Part shown: positions 40,612 through 49,996 of the stretch, in pieces
Numbering within the stretch: position 1 is the stretch's first letter
Layout of the letters: every line of letters begins with the position of its first letter
NCBI RefSeq assembly: GCF_002994635.1
Contig: NZ_PVNL01000139.1
Coordinates: 18,055-82,054 of the forward strand
Direction: 5' to 3'
DNA from: Enhygromyxa salina
Lineage (GTDB): Bacteria; Myxococcota_A; Polyangia; Nannocystales; Nannocystaceae
DNA length: 64,000 bases
Notes under the pieces: generated by a model
The model's input: the letters and a program-made list of their open reading frames with translations, nothing else
Databases searched by the model: none
Told to the model about the DNA's origin: nothing
Translations under genes and position numbers: made by a program

Positions 40612-41863
40612 GAACACCAAAGTACACCACGTTCTGTTCGCCACCACTCTCCTGGTCGGGTTCGCCGCTTGCGGCGACTCGGGACCGACGCTCGAAGGTG
40701 ACGCGGGTCTCGCTGAAACGGGCGAGACGGGCAAGGAGCTATACGCGGGCTGTCGGCCGGTCGATGAGGTCGAGCAGACCACATCGTTCACCTGCCAAGG
40801 TGAGGGGGCGGGCTGGCTCGTCACGGACGTCTACGGCGCCGGCAAGCACAACCCGATCACCAGCTGCCTCGCCTACGCCGACGGCACCATCCCCGAGGAC
40901 GCGACGGCCGAGGACTGCGCCGCGATCCCCCTCGAGCTCATTCCATTTGGCATCCCGCGCCCAAGCGCGTGCTGTGGGGAAGGCACGCAGGACGACAGCA
41001 TCAACAATATCTGTGAACTCGACTGCGGCTACGCGGCCTGCAAGACCGCGATCGCGGCGATCCGAGCCACCGCTGACGCGCTCGCGCCGACCGACGGTGT
41101 TCCCCAAGGCGTGATCGACACCTCCAAGGCCGACCTCAACGCTTACGCCGACCTCCTCGATGCGCCGGCCTCGCTGCAATACTGCGCCAAGAAGGTCAGC
41201 ATCCACGCCGGAGAGGTCACCTCGATCGCCCTTGGGTCCGGGGTGAGCAGCCCCGCCGCATTTGGACACATCAACGAGGCCACGATCTTCTTGGGCTGCA
41301 GCCTCGACCCCGACGAACCCTTTGTCATCGATCCCGACGGTGGCGAGTGCACCGAGCCGACCAACATCCCCGAGGCGATGCAAGAGCAACATAGCGGCGG
41401 CACCGTCAACGGTGGTGCGGTCACGGTCGTCGGTCCAGGCGTCGCCACTGTAGCGACGATCGCCGACGCGTCCTTCGAGGTTCACGAGGTGCTCAACCGC
41501 GATCTCTCGATCGACTTCACCCTCTCGAGCTTCGACGCGACCGTCACCGATACCAGCGCTGGCTCCTTCGATCTGCGTGACGTGCAGGTCTCTCTCGCGA
41601 GGCCTGCCAGCGGGAGGCTCGAGGGCGATCAGGTGACCTTCGCACCAGGCACGCTGCGATTCATTGTATCGGCCGTCGTCAGCGTCGACGGCGAGCCGTT
41701 GTTCGGCGGTCTGCCCTCGCGCGCCGAGTACTCGAACAGCGCTCCGGCCACCGCGACGCGCAGCCTCGATGGTTCGTTCGCGTTCGTGGACGCGCCCTTC
41801 GAGGCGGGGGCGTATACGGCGGTGCTCAACACCGAGCCGAGCACCCTCGCCGCGATTCAGTAG
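40610..41863 (+). CDS. hypothetical lipoprotein
   Basis: MNTKVHHVLFATTLLVGFAACGDSG lipobox. Its start shares the CATG with the divergent gene. Confidence 0.5.
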   Translation: MNTKVHHVLFATTLLVGFAACGDSGPTLEGDAGLAETGETGKELYAGCRPVDEVEQTTSFTCQGEGAGWLVTDVYGAGKHNPITSCLAYADGTIPEDATAEDCAAIPLELIPFGIPRPSACCGEGTQDDSINNICELDCGYAACKTAIAAIRATADALAPTDGVPQGVIDTSKADLNAYADLLDAPASLQYCAKKVSIHAGEVTSIALGSGVSSPAAFGHINEATIFLGCSLDPDEPFVIDPDGGECTEPTNIPEAMQEQHSGGTVNGGAVTVVGPGVATVATIADASFEVHEVLNRDLSIDFTLSSFDATVTDTSAGSFDLRDVQVSLARPASGRLEGDQVTFAPGTLRFIVSAVVSVDGEPLFGGLPSRAEYSNSAPATATRSLDGSFAFVDAPFEAGAYTAVLNTEPSTLAAIQ

Positions 41864-42168
41864 ATCGGTGCCCAGCAACGGCGACCATGGTCTCGCTCGG
41901 GCCCTCGCCATGGTGCTGCTCGACTGGGAGTAGGCGCCGCTGGCGGCGGTGTTCTTGGGCAGCGGCGTCGACGACGAGTACGAGCTCGAGCTCGACGACG
42001 AGCGCAGCGTCGAAGGCATCGTGCTGGCCCGCTCGCTGCTGCGCTGCGAGGGACGGAAGCTGCGCGATCTCGACGACGGGCAGACCTGCCTGCGCCGGGA
42101 CCCGGCCGACGGCCAATGGACCATGGAGTCCAGAGAGCGAGCTGCCCGTGATCCACGTCTGAACCAGT

Positions 42169-43080
42169 TCAAGGCTCGATCACCGCGGTCTGAGCGAAGC
42201 GCACCTGGGCGACGGCGCCGATCCGCGAGCGCGGGGCATCACCGTCAAACCGCGCCTCCGCGATGATCAGACCCGTCCCCGCGTCGATCTCGGGCGCGAT
42301 CGCGCTGACGCTCGCCGCAAACTCCAGCTCGGAGTCGGCGAATCGCACGACCAGCGCGGCGCCGAGCTCGAGCGCCGCGGCCTCGGTATTGGGGACGGCA
42401 AAGCGGACCAGCCGATCCTCGGAGATCAGCGAGACTACCGGGTCGCCGAGCGTGAGCGTGGCGCCAGGGTCCGCGTAGCGATCACCCACGAACGCAGCGA
42501 ACGGGGCCCGGAGCTCGGCTTCGGTCAGTCGCTCGGAGGCCGCGTTCATGCGGCTGCGCTCGCGCGCCAGCGAGGCGTCGGCGCTGCGCTTGCGCGCGTC
42601 GGCCAGCTGCTCGGCGACGCGTCGCTCGCGAACTTCGGCGCGCGAGACGAAGTCTTCGAGATCCTCGACCTCGGCTCGGTTCGCGCGGGCCTCGGCGAGC
42701 TCGAGCTCGAGCCGATCGAGCTCGGCTCGGGCGCTTCGCCAGGTCGCCGTGGCGCCCGCTAGCTCGCTGCGTTGGCCCAGCAACTCCACGATCGCGACAA
42801 CCGCGTCGGCGTCGATGCGATCCCCGACGTGGAGGTCGAGACGCTCGAGCCGCGCGATGCCGGGGGCGACCAGCACGACCTCGGCCGCAGGGACCAGGAC
42901 GCCGAGCATCGCGACATCGGCGACCTTCGTCGTGCTCGTCGCCTCCAGCTCCAACTCGAGCGCGCGCTCCGACGGCGGTGAACCCTCAGCTGCCGAGTCG
43001 ACGATCGCGGACGCGTCGGCCCCGACACAAGCGAGCGCCAGCGCGGTCACCCCGACCGGGACCCACGCCCACGCGCTCAT
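42169..43080 (-). CDS. HlyD-family periplasmic adaptor (second, short)
   Basis: Signal/transmembrane then coiled coil. ATGA overlap with the ABC transporter stop. Confidence 0.6.
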   Translation of the reverse strand: MSAWAWVPVGVTALALACVGADASAIVDSAAEGSPPSERALELELEATSTTKVADVAMLGVLVPAAEVVLVAPGIARLERLDLHVGDRIDADAVVAIVELLGQRSELAGATATWRSARAELDRLELELAEARANRAEVEDLEDFVSRAEVRERRVAEQLADARKRSADASLARERSRMNAASERLTEAELRAPFAAFVGDRYADPGATLTLGDPVVSLISEDRLVRFAVPNTEAAALELGAALVVRFADSELEFAASVSAIAPEIDAGTGLIIAEARFDGDAPRSRIGAVAQVRFAQTAVIEP

Positions 43081-45257
43081 GGGGCCTCCCGCTGGTAGAG
43101 CCGGCGGTACACGTCACCGCGGGCGAGCAGGTCGCGGTGGGTCCCGGACTCGATCACGCGACCGCGGTCCATGACCAAGATGAGGTCTGCCTCGACGACG
43201 GTGCTGAGCCGGTGGGCGATCACGATCCGCGTACAGCGAAGACTTGCGAGCGAGCGCTGGATCGCGGCCTCGGTCACGCGGTCGAGGCTGCTCGTCGCCT
43301 CGTCGAGCAAGACGATCGCGGGCTCGGCCGCGAGCGCCCGGGCGAGCGCCAGCCGCTGGCGTTGGCCCCCGGACATCGAGGCGCCGCCGTCGGCCAGGAT
43401 CGTCTCGTAGCCCATGGGCAGCTGAACGATCTCGTCGTGGATCGCCGCGCGCTTGGCCGCCTCGACGACCGCCTCGAGCGACATCTGGGGCTGACCCATC
43501 GCGATGTTCTCGCGGACCGACACGCCAAACAGCTCACCACCTTGGGTCACGACGCCGAGCTGTTCGCGGACGCTGCGAAGGTCCAAGCCGGCGAGGTCCA
43601 CACCGTCATAGCGGATCTGCCCCTGCTGGGGCCGATAGAGCCCGACGAGCAGCTTGGCGAGGGTCGACTTCCCGGCCCCGGACGACCCGACCACAGCGAC
43701 GAATTGGCCCGGGGCAATGCTGACGCTGACATCGGTGACGGCCGCTGGCGAGGACTCGGAGTAGCGGAAGCTGATCGCGTCGGCGTCGATCTGCCCGCGC
43801 AGCCGCGGCGCCCGAGTGACCGCGCTGCGGTCTTGTTCGGGCTCGGCCCCCATCACGTCGTCGATCCGCTCGAGGTAGCTACCGAGCACTTGAAACTCGA
43901 GCGCGACCCCAACTAGGGTACCGAGCGGGCCGAGCACGCCAGCGCCGAGAGCCGAGAGCCCCAGCATCGCGCCAAGTCCGATGTCGCCGCGCAGGACCAA
44001 GAACGTCCCGGTCGCAAGGACGACGAGCGGCGCCGCGACGGTGAAGGCCCGCAGCAGCGAGCTGATCAGCGCGTCGAGGCGAGCCCGGCGAAGCGAGACG
44101 TTGAGCGCGTCGACGAACAAGTTCGACCAGCGCTCGAGGGCGCGGTACTCGGCGCCCATGCTCTTGAGCGCCTCGATCCCGCCGAGCATCTCGACCTCGT
44201 AGCTCGAGGTCTTGGCCTGCGCCGCGAGGCTCTCGCTCATCAGCTCGCGCTGGACTCGGCGCGTCGCCCAGTACAGCGACAGCTGTACGCCAGCGAGCCC
44301 GAGCACGACGGCGCTCATCAGCGGGCTGGCCCACATGATCAGGACCAAATACAGACTCACCAGCGAGCCGTCGAGCAGAGCCGAGAGCGCGCCCGAGGTG
44401 AGGATCTCCCGGACCGTCGTGTTGCTGCCCAGGCGCATGAGCAGGTCGCCAGTCGAGCGGCGCTGGAAGAACGAGTAGGGCAGATCAACGAGGTGGTCGA
44501 GGAACCCGACGGTCAGCTTGGCGTCAAGCAGCGTGCGCAGCGAGACCAACACGTTGGCCCGGACCAGCGAGGCGACAAAGGTAAACAGCACCATCATCGC
44601 AAGGCCGGCGAGCAGGACCGTGAGCAGATCGAGGTCGCGCCGCGGGATGATCCGGTCGACGAGCAAAGTCGTGAGCAAGGGCAGCCCCAGCGCGAGCAGC
44701 TGCACGAGCACCGACATCATCACGACCCGGCTCCACAGCCCCGGATAGCTGAGGATCTGGGCGAAGTAGCGGCGCACGAGCGGACGGCTGCGCTGCTCGG
44801 GGGCGAACGCCTCGCTTGGCTCGAGCAGCAGCGCGACCCCGGTGCAGGCGCGGTCGAACTCGCCCGGGCTGACGCGGCGGCGACCGTAGGCGGGATCGAG
44901 GATCACCACCCCCCGACGGTCGACGCCGTCGAACACGACGAAGTGGTTGAACTCCCAGTGCAAGATGGCGCCGCGCGGCACCAGCTCGAGGTCGTCGAGC
45001 GACTCGATCTGAACGCCGCGGCCGCGCAGCCCGTAGCCGCGCGCGGCACGAAGGATCGCCAGCGCGCTGACGCCGTCACGATCGGCCGCGGTCGCCTCAC
45101 GCAGCTCCTCGAGCGGCCGGTCGCGGCCGTAGTAGCGCAAGACCATGGCCAGGCAGGCGGCGCCACAGTCCGCCGCGGTCAACTGGGCGATGTGCTCGAG
45201 TCGGCGGCGGCCCGAGGCCCCGAGACGACGCAGCGCGGGGAGTCGTTGAGCGGTCAC
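43077..45257 (-). CDS. peptidase-C39-domain ABC transporter (bacteriocin/RiPP leader-cleaving exporter)
   Basis: N-terminal C39 Cys motif QLTAADCGAACLAMVLRYYG. Six-TM transmembrane domain. Walker A GSSGAGKST. ABC signature LSGGQRQR. Walker B ILLDEATSSLD. Confidence 0.9.
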   Translation of the reverse strand: MTAQRLPALRRLGASGRRRLEHIAQLTAADCGAACLAMVLRYYGRDRPLEELREATAADRDGVSALAILRAARGYGLRGRGVQIESLDDLELVPRGAILHWEFNHFVVFDGVDRRGVVILDPAYGRRRVSPGEFDRACTGVALLLEPSEAFAPEQRSRPLVRRYFAQILSYPGLWSRVVMMSVLVQLLALGLPLLTTLLVDRIIPRRDLDLLTVLLAGLAMMVLFTFVASLVRANVLVSLRTLLDAKLTVGFLDHLVDLPYSFFQRRSTGDLLMRLGSNTTVREILTSGALSALLDGSLVSLYLVLIMWASPLMSAVVLGLAGVQLSLYWATRRVQRELMSESLAAQAKTSSYEVEMLGGIEALKSMGAEYRALERWSNLFVDALNVSLRRARLDALISSLLRAFTVAAPLVVLATGTFLVLRGDIGLGAMLGLSALGAGVLGPLGTLVGVALEFQVLGSYLERIDDVMGAEPEQDRSAVTRAPRLRGQIDADAISFRYSESSPAAVTDVSVSIAPGQFVAVVGSSGAGKSTLAKLLVGLYRPQQGQIRYDGVDLAGLDLRSVREQLGVVTQGGELFGVSVRENIAMGQPQMSLEAVVEAAKRAAIHDEIVQLPMGYETILADGGASMSGGQRQRLALARALAAEPAIVLLDEATSSLDRVTEAAIQRSLASLRCTRIVIAHRLSTVVEADLILVMDRGRVIESGTHRDLLARGDVYRRLYQREAP

Positions 45258-46228
45258 GGGGCCTTTGAAGTGGAGTGGGATGGGTCGCCCGGTACCAGGG
45301 TCTCGAGCAAGGTCTCGAGCAGCGTCACCGAGCGCAGCTTGGCCTCGAGCGTGCCCTGCATGCCGTCGAAGATCCGGTAGTGGGTGTCGTTGGCCGCGAA
45401 CGAGTCTGAGCGCAGCTCGGTCTCGACCACGACGATCGGCCCGCGCAGCTCGACGCTGCCTTGGCGATCGCGTCCGAGGTAGCGCATCGCCTCGGCCGGA
45501 CCGATGACCTCGTCGGCGACGGAGCGAACGACCACCTCGCTGCGGCTGTCGGAGAAGCCCTCGAGTTCGAGGTAGACCTGGGTGTCGGCAGCGCTGAGCA
45601 GCGGTCGGTAGTGCCCGGGGAACAGGCCGACGACGACGGTCCGCGCGTCGTCCTGCTCGAGCGAGACCAGCGCGTCGCCGAGCACGACCGGCTGGCCCCG
45701 ACGCACGCGCACGTCGGACACCACGCCGGACTCTGGGGCGACGATCGTGCGTCCGCGCAGCTTGGCCCGGGCCAGCTCGACGGCCGCGTCAAAGCTGGCG
45801 AGTCGCTGCCGCTTGCCCTCGCTGTCGCGCTGCGGGGCGCGAAGCAGCTCGAGCAGCTGGCGTGTGTAGGCCTGCTCGGCACGCTCGAGCTCGGCGCGCT
45901 CGCTCGCGTCATCGAGGCGAACCAGCACCGCCCCGGTCGCGACCCGCTGCCCCGACCGAACCTCGATCTGCTGGACGGTCCCGGACACGGCCGAGGTCAC
46001 CAGAACTCGACCCTCGCGGCGAACCGTGGCGATCCCTTGGGCGTACTCGCCGATCTCTGCAGTCGCCGCGAAGATCGTCGCGCTCACGAACACGGCGAGC
46101 AGCACGAGCTCGGCCAGGCGGGTCCACCCCGAGACCGCGCCGAGCGGTCGCCCCGGTCGATCACCGCAACCGTGCGCGTTTAATGCCGCAGGCCGGAAGA
46201 TCGAGCGCGCGGGCGCCGTCGCGTTCAT
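45254..46228 (-). CDS. HlyD-family secretion adaptor
   Basis: Transmembrane anchor LVLLAVFVSATIFA, coiled-coil and beta-barrel regions. ATGA coupling on both sides. Confidence 0.7.
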   Translation of the reverse strand: MNATAPARSIFRPAALNAHGCGDRPGRPLGAVSGWTRLAELVLLAVFVSATIFAATAEIGEYAQGIATVRREGRVLVTSAVSGTVQQIEVRSGQRVATGAVLVRLDDASERAELERAEQAYTRQLLELLRAPQRDSEGKRQRLASFDAAVELARAKLRGRTIVAPESGVVSDVRVRRGQPVVLGDALVSLEQDDARTVVVGLFPGHYRPLLSAADTQVYLELEGFSDSRSEVVVRSVADEVIGPAEAMRYLGRDRQGSVELRGPIVVVETELRSDSFAANDTHYRIFDGMQGTLEAKLRSVTLLETLLETLVPGDPSHSTSKAP

Positions 46229-47238
46229 GAGGCCGTCCGCGTCGCCCGAGCGTGAGCGCTGGCGTGGCCGACCAGCGCGTCGCACAGCGGCCCGCAGATG
46301 TCGACGCCTGCGCGCTGCTCGAACCCGATGAACATCGCCGAAGGGTTGAGCTCGAGGATCTTGTAGCGCCCGTGACGGTCGGCCTTGATGTCCATGCCCG
46401 TGTACGGAAGCCCGATGATCGCGGCCGCGCGCACACAGCTGGCCGCGACCTCGGGCGCGAGCTCGATCGCCTCAATCCGCTGTTCGTGCTGGCGAAAGTC
46501 GATCGCGTCCGTCACGATTCGCAGCGCGCAGACGACCTGGCCGTCGATCACATAGACGCGGACGTCGTCGCCAGGCAGCAGCTCCTGAAAGCAGACTGGG
46601 GCCGCGCCGAGCTTGGCGAGGCGCTCGGGGGACAGGTCGGCGGCTTCGACCTTGCGGGTCGCGGCCCCGCCAGCGACGGGCTTGAAGATCGCGTCGCGGC
46701 CCTCACAAAATCGCAGCACCGCCGCGGGGTCGTTGGTCCACAAGCTGTCGGGCGTCGGCAGCCCCGCCGCACGCAGCAGCGCGAGTTGGTACGGCTTGGT
46801 GATGTTGTTGCCGACCGTCGGGGGGTTGTAGAGCGGCACGCCGAGGTGCTCCCAGCGCAGCAGGATCGCCGACAGCAGCGTCGATCGCTCCCGAAACGCG
46901 AGCACCGTGCGACGCCAGTCCTCGCGCATGGCCTCGTCGGCCTCCACGCCGAACCCCGCCGGGCTCTGGTAGAGGCTGCGCACGTAGACGGCGGCCGGCC
47001 GCGCGATGCGGTGGCCCGCGATGTCGATCTGCTCGGGCCCGCCGCCCAGGCTGACCGCGAGCTGCTCGGGGAACTCGCGGGCGTCGAGGACCGTGGGCTC
47101 GTGACCGCGGGCGCGGACACCTTCGTAGACGGCGCGGGCGTGGGCATCCTCGAGGGCGCCGACGATGACGATGGGAGATACGGACACGGCTGGCTGCTCC
47201 GGGGAAGCGAGGGTTGAAGGTGCCCGCCGGGGCCGCAC
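46225..47238 (-). CDS. ATP-grasp macrocyclase (RimK-like; graspetide omega-ester ligase)
   Basis: ATP-grasp fold motifs (AIFKPVAGGAATRKV, ILELNPSAMF). Immediately downstream of the precursor. Confidence 0.75.
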   Translation of the reverse strand: MRPRRAPSTLASPEQPAVSVSPIVIVGALEDAHARAVYEGVRARGHEPTVLDAREFPEQLAVSLGGGPEQIDIAGHRIARPAAVYVRSLYQSPAGFGVEADEAMREDWRRTVLAFRERSTLLSAILLRWEHLGVPLYNPPTVGNNITKPYQLALLRAAGLPTPDSLWTNDPAAVLRFCEGRDAIFKPVAGGAATRKVEAADLSPERLAKLGAAPVCFQELLPGDDVRVYVIDGQVVCALRIVTDAIDFRQHEQRIEAIELAPEVAASCVRAAAIIGLPYTGMDIKADRHGRYKILELNPSAMFIGFEQRAGVDICGPLCDALVGHASAHARATRTAS

Positions 47239-47265
47239 GAGCGGGCCCCGGCGAGCGAGGGTCGC

Positions 47266-47502
47266 CTAGCTGAGGGCGTCTTCTTCGCCGAGGGCGAGGG
47301 TGGTCGGGCCATCCTCCTCACCGATCGCGAGGGTGGTCATCACGTCTTCCTCGCCGAGCGCCTTGGTCGTCGGGTTGCAGTGGTCTTCCTCGCCGATCGC
47401 GAGGGTGGTCGCGATGGGGCCACCCTTGCCGCCGGTCACCTGACCGAGGTCCTCGATGTAGAGATCCTTCAGCTGCTTCTTGTCAGTCTTATTGTTGCTC
47501 AT
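47266..47502 (-). CDS. graspetide (plesiocin-like, group 2) precursor peptide with four TTxxxxEE core repeats
   Basis: MSNNKTDKKQLKDLYIEDLGQVTGGKGGPIATTLAIGEEDHCNPTTKALGEEDVMTTLAIGEEDGPTTLALGEEDALS. Leader with a LxIEDL-like motif. Four T(T/K)xxxGEED cores. AAGGA ribosome-binding site 7 nt upstream. Confidence 0.8.
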   Translation of the reverse strand: MSNNKTDKKQLKDLYIEDLGQVTGGKGGPIATTLAIGEEDHCNPTTKALGEEDVMTTLAIGEEDGPTTLALGEEDALS

Positions 47503-47953
47503 GTTGTCCTTGGATGTGTTGTGTCCAAACAAGGCGCCCGTCGAAACGCGGTTCACACCCGGTAAGATGCGTGAATGCGGGCTTCCGCGGGCGCCGATGC
47601 GGCCCAATCAATCACCGGTCCGGTGACCGTGCAAGCGCGCTCTCGGCCGCGTATGCCTCGTCTCCAACCGGATGTTGGGGACGAGCCGGGGTCCCGTCTC
47701 GGAGTTGTGGTCGATACATTCGACCCGGATTGATCATCGAATATCGATGATGGTGATCGTAAGAATGACCCACATGTCACTCAGGCTCCCAACCCAGGGT
47801 ATTGTGCGAATCCTCCGATGACCGAGCTGCGCGAGCTTCGAACAATGCACGAGTCGCGCCGAGCACGCGCTCGGCGAGACACTCAGCTCCGCGGGCGTGA
47901 CCAACGGCTGAGGCGTCGCGTCGAGTCGCTGAAGGCCACCCGGGCCGCCGCCG

Positions 47954-48607
47954 TCACGGCGAGTCGGGGCACGCCGCGTCGCCGCACACGAGGCTCAGCC
48001 CGTCGGGGCACAGCGTCGGCTCGCCCGCCGCACAGGTGTCGAACCGGCAGCCCTGCGTGCCCGGGTCGCCGTCGGGGCAGGTCAGCACGCAGCTCGAGCC
48101 ACTCTCGCAGTTAGCCGCACAGTTGTGGTCCGAGCACCGAAACGCGCACGCCGAGCCGGGGCCGCAGGTGCAGGTTCCGTTGGCGCAGGTCCCCGCGCAG
48201 TCGGGATTGTCGCCGGCGCAGGTGATGTGGCACGGGCTCGCGTCGCACAAGAACACGCAGCTGCTCCCGATGTCGCAGGTGCACTCGCCGTTGGCGCAGG
48301 TCCCCACGCAGTTGGAGCCGGGCTCGCAATCCACGTGGCACGGCGGCGCCGCACACTCGAACCCGCACGAGCTCCCGGGCCCGCAGGTGCACTCACCGTT
48401 GGCGCACTGGCCCACGCAGTCCGGGTTGTCGCCTTCGCAGTCGACGTGGCAGGGCGGCGCGGCGCATTCGAACTCGCAGGAGCTGCCTGCTCGACACACG
48501 CATGTGCCGTCGCTGCAGTCCACGGCGAGGGTACAGCCCGCGGCGACGCCGAGGGCGAAGCTGACGACGGCCGCCAGGGCCAGGTGCATGCGCTCAAACA
48601 TGATCAT
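47954..48607 (-). CDS. secreted Cys-rich protein with four roughly 38-aa repeats
   Basis: Signal MIMFERMHLALAAVVSFALGVAAGC. Repeats of C.CGPGSSC.FECAAPPCHVDCEGDNPDC.G.CANGEC. Confidence 0.55.
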   Translation of the reverse strand: MIMFERMHLALAAVVSFALGVAAGCTLAVDCSDGTCVCRAGSSCEFECAAPPCHVDCEGDNPDCVGQCANGECTCGPGSSCGFECAAPPCHVDCEPGSNCVGTCANGECTCDIGSSCVFLCDASPCHITCAGDNPDCAGTCANGTCTCGPGSACAFRCSDHNCAANCESGSSCVLTCPDGDPGTQGCRFDTCAAGEPTLCPDGLSLVCGDAACPDSP

Positions 48608-48844
48608 GGGTCCTCCAGTCTGGACTCGGGGACTGTCTTGTTCGGGGGGCGATCGAAGCCCCCACGCTCGACTCACCGGCCAACCTCGACTCACCGGCGA
48701 ACGAAGTCGACCTGCGCTCAATACACCTCGATGGGCGGCGCGAAGTTGGCCTGCTCCGTGCGGACGCGCACGGCCTCGCTGCGCTCAGCACCGACCACCG
48801 CCGGAAGCCCAAGCTAGCGCCGCCATTGGCTACGATGTCGATCG

Positions 48845-49996
48845 ATGAGCCGGCTGGTCTTCCACAGCATGTACCCGGACATGAAGCTGCCGGTGTCCGG
48901 AGAGCAGGTCCTGGGTCCGACCACGCTGCCCAAGCGGGCGCGCTCGTTCTGCAAGCCGATGACCGACGAGGTCCGCTCCGGCGTCTATCTTCACGCGCCG
49001 ATCGAGTTCGAATTTCGCCACAACCGCCAGACCATGTGGCTGCGGACCACGGTCGGCGATCTCCGTCACACGTCGATCCGCCACTTCGGCGTCACGGCCC
49101 GCGCCGACCTGCTGGTCAGCGATCTGTTCCCCGAGCGCTCGCGCGAGCTCCAGGCCAGGTTCCGCGCGGTCGCGATGGGCGCGGAGTTCCCCGACGATCT
49201 CACCGACGACCCCTGCTACCGCATCAATGACCGGCTGCTATCGGCGATCTCCGAGCCCGACGCTCCCGGCGGGATGGTCATCGTCTGGCTGGGCGGGACG
49301 CTCTACACCGAGGGCGACGACAAGCTGCTGATCAAGGGCGTGCCCAACCTCTACCAGCGCAACCGCTACGAGGTCCTCGACGCGATCATCGAGAGCTCGC
49401 GCTGGCACGGCTGGGTCGGCGCCGTGATCCGCAGCTACGACGAGAACACGTGGATCCCAGTCTCGGCCGCCGAGCCGTTCACCAAGGCGATGATCCTCGG
49501 CCCACGAACCGAGCTCGAGATCGTCCCCTTCGATCAGCTGCAGCGCGAGGTGCTCGTCGATCCGCTGCGCTGGAGCGACTTCGACGCGACCTACGCCCGG
49601 CCGCCGGGCAAGTACCTGCGGGACCTTCGACAGGGCGGAAGCTGGGACACCGAGTGGAAGAGCAAGCTCGACCTGCGCCCGCCCGCGCGGCTACCCTCGC
49701 CGCAGCTCGGCGCCCCCTCGACGCGGATCGCCGACGAGACCGAGCTGAGCTTCTTCGAGACGCGGCTGCGGCTGGTCGAGGATCTGCGCGCCGCGGACCG
49801 AGCGATCGAGATCCACCACAACGGCCGAGTCGCGCGCTTTGGTGGCGCCGACGCGTGCGAAGTCGTCGACGAGCTGTGCGCGTGGCCGCGGCTGTCGGCG
49901 GCCGAGCTGGCGACCCGGACCCCGTTCGAGATCGGCGAGCTGCGCGAGTTCTTGCAGCGCCTGGTCGAGGCCAGCGTCCTCAACCCTGTCGCGTGA
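48845..49996 (+). CDS. hypothetical protein
   Basis: 383-aa ORF with plausible composition. Convergent with the JmjC gene. Confidence 0.4.
   Translation: MSRLVFHSMYPDMKLPVSGEQVLGPTTLPKRARSFCKPMTDEVRSGVYLHAPIEFEFRHNRQTMWLRTTVGDLRHTSIRHFGVTARADLLVSDLFPERSRELQARFRAVAMGAEFPDDLTDDPCYRINDRLLSAISEPDAPGGMVIVWLGGTLYTEGDDKLLIKGVPNLYQRNRYEVLDAIIESSRWHGWVGAVIRSYDENTWIPVSAAEPFTKAMILGPRTELEIVPFDQLQREVLVDPLRWSDFDATYARPPGKYLRDLRQGGSWDTEWKSKLDLRPPARLPSPQLGAPSTRIADETELSFFETRLRLVEDLRAADRAIEIHHNGRVARFGGADACEVVDELCAWPRLSAAELATRTPFEIGELREFLQRLVEASVLNPVA

Noticed and set aside
39379-42172. Plus ORF 39379..40368 and minus ORF 40739..42172
   Set aside because: Antisense to the two divergent lipoprotein genes.
44493-45380. 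295-aa plus ORF
   Set aside because: Antisense to the C39-ABC transporter.
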